A stretch of 64,000 bases of DNA, counting the filler, from Sphacelaria rigidula (lineage: Eukaryota): NCBI GenBank assembly GCA_964200075.2. It is 4 parts of 4 records of this genome, joined end to end, with 100 filler letters (N's around TTAATTAATTAA, not from the genome) between each part and the next. Parts side by side here need not be neighbours in the genome. Positions count along the whole stretch, not along the records: positions 48,342 to 64,000 come from CAXNAA020001657.1; 3 more parts are not named here. One strand, written 5' to 3'. Below are positions 54,763-64,000 of this stretch, piece by piece. Under the pieces are notes generated by a model. The model worked only from the letters and a program-made list of their open reading frames with translations, had not been told where the DNA came from and did not search any database. Both the position numbers and the translations under genes were made by a program. Within the stretch, counting starts at the first letter, position 1. Every line of letters begins with the position of its first letter.

Positions 54763-57700
54763 GCGTTTGCCGCGCATTATTGATGGTGGACATTGCACTG
54801 TTGTTGATGAGAAGTTTACCTCGTATCTTTTGGCATCTTGTCGTATTCATTTCACACCCTAGACAAAAGGTTATTTTGTACAAAAATGTAGTGCGTACAG
54901 CATGGAATCTTTTGTCTAATGCAATAGGCGCAATAGTCGATACTGTACGCAGTAGACTTTTTGACGGTGTATTCTCTTGTCCAGGGTGTGATTTGTTTGT
55001 GTTTGATCCAGAAGCCCCTTCTGTCTTCAGGATAGGCATTATCACTGTTGCGTTGAAGGTACGCATGCGGTGATGACAGATTGACAACGTACAACAACTT
55101 TATATATACATGCTGGAAAATAACAGCACTACGCTGTGCTGGACAGCGTCAGACAGTTGGTAGTCTGGGGGGGGGTGTATTTTCCAATTTAGGGACATTT
55201 GACAAAGCTTTTGGCCCCCAAGCAGGGACATGGAAATCCACTACGAGTACACGCGCCCTGTCCTGATTACATAAACAGGGCCGAGGGGGAAAAAGCAAGA
55301 ACGCCGCAATTTCAGCGGGAACTGTCTTGTTGGTATTAAAACTTGGCTATAGGAACATGTGCTCGGTTTGGACAGGCCAGGAAGCCGTGAGCCTCGCACG
55401 AAAGAGAGTTTTTCTCGGTTGCGGCCCCATTATCGCGCTTTTTTCTTAGTGTCGAGTTGCCCCTCTGACCACTGGCCGGGCAGTACATAGATCTGAAGCT
55501 TTGGTCATACTAATTGTTGACAACATGACTACTTGATTTTAGTCTCGAAAAAGTTCTCAGAATTTTTATGGTTTGGGGCAGGTGATCAGTGGGCCCAACT
55601 CATCGAAGAAAAATAAAACAGATATACTGTATACGACCATCGACTTCACTTGACAAATGACTGCATGACCAGACCACCTACTCGTACACTCGTGGCCTGT
55701 AAGGGAGCTGATCGAAGTGGTCCAAGTGTCGAGTGGTTAATCGAAGGGTTCAATGGTCGATCAAATTTGCAGCTTCAAAGATGCTGAGGGGGGGGGAAGC
55801 GATCCCGCGGAGCTTTCAGCCGATCCCACCACAAGAACGCTTGCTGATGGCACTGATATGTCACTGTGGGATAATCTGCTGTAAATAGAATGAGGGGCGG
55901 GAAGGGACGGTCTTAGGGCCGTTATTATCGACACAGTTTTTTGGGAGGTCGTCCTAATCTTGGGCGTCTTGAAACTTTTTTTCGCACCTTCTCCCGAAAT
56001 GAGGCGGCGAGATTTTTTCGCCAAGCCTTCATGTTTGGCGAAAGTCCGATTTTTCGCACTCCAGAACAACACTCTGTAGAGCTGCCCTTGGCGCACGCCG
56101 TGGCGCTCGCAAGCATGCGATAGTCTCTAGGAACCTTGCTAGTAACACCCTGGGCTATGTCGTAGAGTAAAAAGCACCGCGGGGCGGCGGTATCCATCTC
56201 CTGAGACGGTCTGTGCCCCGGCAGCGGTGTTGGAGCTTTGGGGGTCAACCACGGTGTTCATCGTTTGCAGACGTACGCACCTTCGAAGTGAACAGCAGAA
56301 ACAATCCAGTAGCTATCTACTTGCCTGCTGTACTATCATGTGTGTACGCTACCGCGCCGTCTGAAGAGTGTATAGCTGGTGGTTTAATAGGGTGTATCTG
56401 CGCATACAACTCACAGAAAGCAAGCATGCTGCAATCTATCTACGGGACTGCTACAGTCGGCCTTTTCACTCATGTGTGCTGCTCCACTTGTAGCACTCCG
56501 AGAGAGCCGGTCGATCACGCCCTAGCCTGTCCGACTGCCCCCCCGTGTCACAGAGATACCACAGTTATAAACGCCATACACAGGTAGGTAGAATAACACT
56601 GTCCTTTATTTTGCCGGCGAAGGNNNNNNNNNNGCAAGCAAACGACGAGATCAGCACCATCTGTAATGAGATATCTAACAGCAAGAGTAGATCAAGATAA
56701 TAATGAGCCCTCGGCGATTGCCGAAATTTCACACCTTCTCTCATTTTTTCATTTGTCGATAATAACGGCCCTTGGACCACGAGGATGGATGATTTGATCG
56801 TTGAATTGACATCCTTTTCACTTGAAGAATGAGCCATACGTGCAGATGATCAGTGCCCTTCATCCACTTGAGGACGGTGCCACGATACTGCGGGCATCAT
56901 GGGTTTTGGGGCAGGCACTACCCCTTCGCGAGGAGCAGGACACTAAAAAATCTGCGCTGTTTTTATATTTTCCTTTTAGGGGGTGATCGAATGTCGACAT
57001 CGGCAAAATGACTTGGTTGAATCTGCATACAGAAGTGCACCGCTGAGAAGGAAGGTAGTGTGTCCGCAGGAACATGCTCGTTGGGGAAAAGTTGAACTTA
57101 CGCAGTCGGTTTGACGGTGGCAAACAACCCAAAATCGTACGTACATGGCTTGTACTCGGTGGTCCGTCTCCCAAACTTACATATCATATGTCGACACATC
57201 AATCCCCCAGAGTGCCCTGTATGGTGCATACGCAGCCGCAGCAGTCGGAGCCTGTGTGAGATCGCCCTTTTCAACACGTCCACGGGGCAATATCATACTG
57301 ACTATCCTGACAGACCCAGGTGTACCAAATCCGACAACCATGTGTGTATGATAAAACATGGTTGGCGCAATTCCAAGATTAATCTGCTTGAATATATCCT
57401 AATGGAATGTGCAGATTGTTTGTTGTATGAAAAATGCCATGCGGGGTTTCAAGCCTGACCGGCCTCCTTGACGCAAGGCGGGGGGGCCCAGACAAACGGC
57501 CCAGACAAACTCAATATCGACCCCGCACCTTCGCAGGCTGAGCCGTGTACACAGCAAGGAATGCCACATACAGGACCACTCTTATTCTGCACCGACTTTG
57601 CAATGAATGTCATACGATGAGACTAATCCGTAACGACGATGTTTTCGGTCAACAGTACAGTGGAACAGTACGGCACCGCGGTCTGCAACGTCGTGCACAG

Positions 57701-58394
57701 CACCAACACCTGGGTCATACTGCTTTACAGAGTCAGTGCAACAGGAACACATTCGAACTACGGGGTATGATGTCCGCACGCCCTCGCAACAGTACAGGCA
57801 GCTAGCGCCGTCTGTAGTCACGTCTCCAAGGCGATGTTGTCGCGTTACAAAATAGTCCGCGGAGTGTCTCGGAGTGTTGCAGAGGTCTGTGCCGATGTTT
57901 TATGATTGGCGCTGCATCAGACGAGTCATGGTAATGTGACTGTAGTATCTATTGCATCCAGTGTACACAACAGTCAGTAGACAGATAGCGGGTGCAATCT
58001 TTTCGCATGGGTTTGTTGCTCACCTGCCACGCCCATAACTCGGACGCCGCTCCAAGGTGCCTGCTCATCATGGGTAGATCCATGGCCCGAGATACGTCTA
58101 TACTCCCCTCTTCTTAATAATATTTAATGACAGGATACTGACGGTGGGAATGTTAAGCCCGGCACGCGATATCCTGCACTGCTGGCGATTCTGTGAGAGG
58201 AATGTGGGGCGTATCAGGTCGTTAGCTGCAGATTTCGGATTTCACCTGCGAATAGAAGTCGTGTTTTTAATGGTCATACTCGCCAATGGTTTATATCAGA
58301 ACCCGTTTGCCGATAGACAATATAATTCTTCTGAATCAAACGTGGCTGGGATTGGTCGTTTGTGTTCAACTGTCTAGGTGCGATGCCATCATAG

Positions 58395-58448
58395 GGCATA
58401 ACATCATCATCATCAATAACAACAACAACGACGACGATGACGACAACA
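58395..58448. repeat. compound (CAT)n(AAC)n(GAC)n microsatellite
   Basis: catcatcatcatcaataacaacaacaacgacgacgatgacgacaac. Confidence 0.8.
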
Positions 58449-60233
58449 GCTCCCCTTCGACCAACCCTCCTTTGATGTCGGCAACCTTGAAGCGAAGCCG
58501 GGCGGCTCCTTTGCGTTTGCGAGCACTACCCCCCGCCACACTATACCATACTGTTCAATCCTTTCGACACGTGTGGAGCAACAACATGAACGGTTTCCCT
58601 GCGTTGTGAGTGATGCAGGGAGATCGGCACAACTTATGGATGATACTCACGAAGGGCCTGATATATAGTATTCGCCATCCATTCGATACAAGGATTACCG
58701 TGCGCCCAACAGTAAATACACTCGTGCTCCCAGGTAAATGTTCAGTACGATTATGCTCCGATACATGGCCTTTTCATTTGTGCTCTCTTCACCTCGACAC
58801 ACTTGCTATTCGTGGGACTATGGTGTTATCTTGACCGCAGGAAGGACGTTCAGGCATAGTCCACCACTAAAGGGATGGATATTCATATCTCAAGTGAAAT
58901 AGCATACTTTTTACCGACCACCCGCAAAAAAAAAAAACTCTCCAACGTAGATCCATGTCTGATGACCCATCGGTCCCGCGGGGTTGTTACCTGTTACTAC
59001 TTGGAAAACAGCTTTTTTGGCGGTTGGAAGATCGCAAGTATCGGTCGAAACTACTTGCCATGTGTGGACCAGAGCGCACGTACCTACTAAGTTTAAAAAC
59101 TATCATTCGAATCGTCATTTCCGCACGTGATGGATCTCTCCAGGTGTGCCCGGTCAGAACGCTTGGGACGCTCAGATAACAGCCGTTCCACTTTGTATAC
59201 AGAGTCATTGTCCCTGCATTCTGAAATTTCGGATTTAGACCACAACAACGTACGAGTCGCCTGCAGAACAGCACACACCCCTGGCATGCAATGTCGACTA
59301 TTGTTCGCGTAAACGCATGTATCTTGCATTACGACCACCCAGATCAGACCATGTATGTTGCTCGGCGACTGTCTGCCTATACAATCGTTTCTGACGCACA
59401 AGCAGTATCCACCTTTGGTACAGTATCATACTCATGTCTACATTTTTTCGCTACGGGCTCTAGATTTCTGGAAAATGGCTATAATAGTGGGAGAAACCAT
59501 GAACTAATGAAGGATATCATTGTTGCGTTCATGGTACGCAGCTTCAACAGCAAGTCAGTAGCTCACGAGCGTCTCTTTCCGTACAGAGTGGCCCTCTCGA
59601 CCGAAACATGACACATCGCTACATACAGGTGGTACGCTGGAACTTCCGGCACTTTAGAATAGTGTTCTGTGCTTTTGTCCGAAACATGACACAGTGAGAC
59701 GTACAGGCGGTATATCACATAGGTTTGAAAACGGCGGGAGTCACTCGTATCGACGGTTCCCTGGCCTCTCACGAAAAACGGACGCGAGTCATACTCCGCA
59801 TATGGATACAAAAAAAAGGCCCCACTTCCTGAGCGATCCAAGGCCATTCACGAACGACGTCGTTGGAATCAAACTGCGAACACCACTCAATTTAATTTGG
59901 GGTTTGGGATGCCATCACCTGCACCACGGTGCAGATCATTGATAGTGATATCATGGAACTGAGTAGAGTAAGCTTTCTTGAGTGAACACGCAATACCGTT
60001 GGTACACAGGGCAGCAGTTTACAGCACACGAGGAGGGTGCTGGTGCCTTGCGCGAATGCAACTCACCATCACATGTGTGGCTCTCTAATTAGGCAGGACT
60101 CACGCCCTTGCTGCTCAACAGCAGACAAAAATACACAAACACGTTGTCGAACCGAAAATGCTCATCCTACACAGAAAGAGCAAACTGCGGGAAACACGAC
60201 CACAATTTCCTTCTCTCTCCGTCATTTGTAGCG

Positions 60234-60356
60234 TCAAACTTCCTTCAAGTCATCATCGTCCACGACCTTTACTACGTATTCCCTTGGTAACGCTGCTAGA
60301 AGCGTGTCGACAGCCGCAGCCACGTCCGCCTCTATGGCGCTCTCCAGAGTTACCAC
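60234..60356 (-). CDS. terminal exon of an FAD synthase/CinA-like molybdopterin-binding-domain protein
   Basis: ctacgcAG|GTGGTA...GTT TGA, 123 bp, VVTLESAIEADVAAAVDTLLAALPREYVVKVVDDDDLKEV*. It continues the 61762-61890 exon in phase 0 and is absent from the ORF track. Confidence 0.82.
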   Translation of the reverse strand: MVTLESAIEADVAAAVDTLLAALPREYVVKVVDDDDLKEV

Positions 60357-61171
60357 CTGCGTAGCAACGCATAGCACGAATCGAGGGACACGAACAAAAA
60401 TGAGGCATACTGTGATAACGGGATATTGCCTCGGGTCGCGTTAGAGTAACGACATACACAACACGAGGATCGCGGAGGACCGCCATATTGTGGCAAGTTC
60501 ACTGAGAACTCTCAAGGCCTCAGTATGTTCACGAGGAAATGCGTCTCCGTGAGCATATTAGCAAGACGAAAATTTTTTTGAGCGAAATTGGAAGCTTTAC
60601 GGCAAGTCATCACAAGCCATCATTGCAGCTGGTGTCAGTGGGTACTATTAAAAATGCCTTTGGAAGTCCATACATGATGCTTTCTTCTGTGGAGAGAGGG
60701 GGGATGACTGGCGAATGTCGTCGGCTGCTTTTTCTTGCCAACACGTGTCGCCTCTCTGCCGCTGAATTTCTTGCACGGAAATCTGACTCTCGTTTCTGGC
60801 CCCCAACTACACAGCACAAGATCTTTGTGGTGACGCTCGTGAAGTACGTTCCTCTGACTTCCCGGTGTACATACAGAATGTCTGCACAAACAGCCTCGGT
60901 GCGGACAAAAAACTGGGTGCTGAGGCTTGCTGGAGTTTTCGTTGGTGATGGCGAGCGACCATACCCTTTCAGAGATGCACTCCGAGCAACGCCGAGCACA
61001 CCACACCACCACTCTTCGGAGGGCATTGGATTGGAGGCACAACTGTTCACCCCGTTCACCGCAAGCACAGGTCGGCTGTTGCATCGGCATTAATTTCTCT
61101 TGAAAAATTACTGTATTGCCAGATGACCTACTCAAACGGTAGTAGGCCGCTCCTTTCAACAGACAAGGATG

Positions 61172-61556
61172 GAAATCTGGTGAAGTGCCTTTTTTTAGCT
61201 TCAGCGTCGTTTGACGCCCCGGAGTGACTTGCTCTGCTAGCTGGGGCGGTTCCAGGACATCTTGCCGTTTTCCGGTGGCCGCAGTTTTCATTTTGGCCAA
61301 ACAAGAACTTTCGTGCAAGAACGGGTAAAAAACAGTCAAGTTTGGCATTTTTCTAGATTTGACTCTTTTTTACCGTTCTTCGACAAAAATACTTGTTCGG
61401 CCAAAATAGAGACTGCGGCCACCGGAAAACGGGGAGATGTCCTGGAAACGCCTCAAGTAGTGGACCAAGTCATTCCAAGGTGCCGAAATTCGCCTAGCTC
61501 TCTTTTGGGGCGTCAAACGACGCGCAGAAGCTAAGAAAAGGCACCTTTCCAGATTT
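61172..61556. repeat. ~385-bp imperfect palindrome in an intron, same family as 5025-5843
   Basis: gtgccttt...tagctt...gcgtcgtttgacgcccc...ccgttttccggtggccgcagt pairs with actgcggccaccggaaaacgg...ggggcgtcaaacgacgc...aagctaagaaaaggcac. Confidence 0.85.
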
Positions 61557-61761
61557 TTATTGTTGTCTGTTATAAGGATCGGCCCAAAGGTTGTTGTTGC
61601 GGTAGAGTTTACCGGCGTTGAGCTACAAATGTTCATGATTAATATTACTTTATTTGAGTCTGAACAACGAGAATCAGATTCGCCGGTGAACTAGCCTCAG
61701 GGGTTGAGCGAGCAAGTACACTCGCAACAGGTGGTGTTTGCGACTGCTCCGCTTTTCTTAC

Positions 61762-61890
61762 CGTTTTGAACGCTGGGTTTTCCATGTAGGGATAGCTGCC
61801 AAACTGTACGTTGGGATGTGCGGACACCGCTTCATTCAGGCTGTCGACGAGGAGGAGCTCGTCAGCCGACAGAACGATTTTTTTCACATG
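61762..61890 (-). CDS. internal exon of an FAD synthase/CinA-like molybdopterin-binding-domain protein
   Basis: ctcgcAG|CAT...ACG|GTAAGA, 129 bp, phase 0/0, HVKKIVLSADELLLVDSLNEAVSAHPNVQFGSYPYMENPAFKT. The DE...L......P.V..GSYP pattern followed by V.TLES resembles the KH-like subdomain after the MoCF_biosynth domain of FLAD1/CinA. Upstream exons were not found in the window. Confidence 0.82.
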
Positions 61891-62644
61891 CTGCGAGTAC
61901 GGAACAACAACAACAACAACGGCGGCAGCAGCAACGACAAAGGGCAAGTGATGGGGTGGTACCCAGACCAGGGTATGCAGCCGAGTAGTTCGCAATATTT
62001 TCCCCTCCCGGACGTTTCCACGAAGGGCAACGCTACAAGAGCAGCCTGAATACTTCCTTGATAATACAATTAACCCTTAGTCTTTCTGGATCATGCATAC
62101 TTTTTTTCACTCGAAATTGGTGCCAATTATACACAAGACTAACCTCGCGGTCTAAGGGTCAAGGGAACGTTTGGTAGACACAAGTAGGATGATGCGGCAC
62201 CTTATCATACTCCATTCATCGACGATATTCACTGGAAATCAAGCGCTGCACGACTACTATACGGGGGAAACAATCGAGCACGAGTTCGGGTCGCGCGGGC
62301 AGCACCGTTTAATGTGAATCCTGGATGTGCAAGTGCCCTCACTGGAGATTTGCCGCAAGCGGCAAGTCAAAAGGCTCGGCAAAGGACAAGCTACATCATG
62401 AGTTATGCACGGAAGTTCTGTCTCGTTCATGACAACCTGGAACAAATCAGAAGACATTACAAGGGTAGTAGATCCCCACCTCTCGCACCCCCCCCCCGTG
62501 GTGGGTCGAGAAAAATGCTGTTCATCTCTTGAAATTGCCTCCATTGACGCGGTTCAGTCATACCCAGTACAAGTAGTCTGCCTCCTTTACTTTTCCCTCA
62601 CTCTCGCTTCAAGTAAATTACCCTCCCCACCAACCACGTGCCAA

Positions 62645-63690
62645 TATAAGATCAAGTGACCTGCCTAAGCTAGTCTAATATCGAGTGATTTGGTCTGTCC
62701 ATACTCAGTTCAACTAACTTGCACCTCCCACTTTGAAATCAAGCAACTCGTTTCAAAAAGAGACTTTCGGAAAGCGCTGTTTTGTTATTTCAGAGTGCAA
62801 GTTTCTCAGGATCAGGTTGCAGAATAAAAAAGAACTCCTCATCGAAAAGATGTTGAGGGGATACTGCATTTGACGGAGGGTGAAATAATGTTTCCTTACA
62901 TTATGATCCTGAGAAATTTGCACTCTGAAATGACAAAAATACGTTTTCCCGGCCCACACTTCGTTTTTTCGTTTCTTGTGCTCCAGGGGGCGGGAGCACG
63001 GGGGTGTACTCGCTTCTAAATAAATATAGTTCTGCATTAATTCCTCTACGAAATGAGTAACTTGATCCAAGAGTAGTGGAAGCAAGTTGCTTGACCTGAA
63101 TATGGGTGAACCAAGTCACTTGATCTTGGCAGGAGATAGCTGAGGTAAGTTACTTGAATGAAGACGTATAATTTTTTCGGCACATTAGTCCGATCTCTCG
63201 AACCCGTGGTCACAGACGTAGGCTCATCTACCCGATAACGTCCTTGCTATTCCTTACAAGGCAGAGTTCTCGTCATTTTTTCTGAGACTCCAGACTAATT
63301 ACAAAAACAAACACGATCAAATAAAATATTACTAAACTTGAAATAAGAAGAGAGACGTCGAGAAAATATGTGAAAAGTCGCTTCCCCGAGTCAAACAGGA
63401 TGAAGAGGGGGAAAAAAAAAAAGACAAAGGGAGGCAAATTACAAGGAGTGATCATGGGTAACTAAGTCACTCGATTTTGACCCTTTGACCGCGAGGGTAG
63501 GTCACCTGCTGAGTCGGCATCGATATTCACTTGAAAAAAGTGTAGGTGATCCGGATGGACTACCCGCACCGCGGTCGAGGAGTTAAACTAGCTGAGGCAA
63601 GTTGCTCGAGCTGAGCATAGATGAGCCAAGTCACTTGATCCTACATGTGATGCTTGGCTGGTAAGGCAAGTTACTTGCTGCAGCGACAGA
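62645..63690. mobile_element. DNA-transposon-like remnant with repeated AAGT(C/T)(A/G)CTTG motifs, interrupted by a LINE 3' end
   Basis: gatcaagtgac (62650) faces multiple aagtcacttgatc/aagttgcttga/aagttacttg copies at 63055-63160 and 63460-63680. Confidence 0.5.
63178..63455 (-). mobile_element. 3'-UTR fragment of the RTE-like LINE family seen at 39614-41280
   Basis: gcacattagtc(t/c)gatctctc(a/g)aacccgtggt...acgtaggctcatc...tgctatt(g/c)cttacaag...aattac(g/a)aaaacaaacac is shared with 39614-39945. Confidence 0.8.
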
Positions 63691-64000
63691 GACTGAATTT
63701 TGACACTTTCAATCGTTCTGATCAGCTACATCAATTACGCGCGGAAAACGGTGATGACAACAAATTTTTCGACCTGGTCCCCTCTGCTGTCGCCATGCAT
63801 GCACGCAATCAAGTCATGGTACCGGGTAGCGCTCTGTCGTAGATGCCGCGATGCAATGTAATGCATCACGGTCGAACGACCGGAGCCACGACAATGAGCT
63901 GTCAGCTCGTTGAACTCATCCACCAATAAACGGTGCTTTCAGAAGACAAAATCGGCCTACTAGGGGGGTGTACTCATGATCCTACATGCCATAGTCATCA

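Noticed and set aside
55761-55880. Alternative terminal exon for the FAD synthase-like gene
   Set aside because: The exon at 60234-60356 already fits phase and motif and supplies the stop; this segment has no recognisable similarity.
56600-57460. Coding-like decayed stretch near the 10-N gap
   Set aside because: It gives only fragmented short ORFs with no identifiable family.

Overview
Eukaryotic, repeat-rich, gene-poor DNA, most likely a brown alga (Phaeophyceae; inferred from the EsV-1-7 and FNIP repeat genes, the GT-AG exons and the retroelement content). It is not one contiguous locus. Three identical 100-bp N/TTAATTAATTAA linkers split it into four pieces of near-identical length (>=16014, 16014, 16013, >15600 bp), i.e. 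concatenated size-sorted contigs. Main coding features: an intronless FNIP-repeat ORF with ~25 units of 22 aa (11586-13553 +), an intronless EsV-1-7 Cys3His-repeat ORF with 18 units of 37-39 aa and an NLS-like tail (44828-47446 +), and the last two exons of an FAD synthase/CinA-like molybdopterin-binding-domain gene (61762-61890 and 60234-60356 -). The rest is mobile-element debris: a Ty3/gypsy element with an in-frame RT-RNaseH deletion, a Copia element with 98%-identical LTRs around a decayed interior and a fold-back where the PBS should be, two LINE remnants, a complete piggyBac-type MITE, several palindromic/TIR elements, a Helitron-like 3' end and a tRNA-SINE-like head. The best candidates for new biology are the two modular repeat arrays, whose variation is concentrated at a few positions (a possible recognition code). 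That idea is an untested inference.
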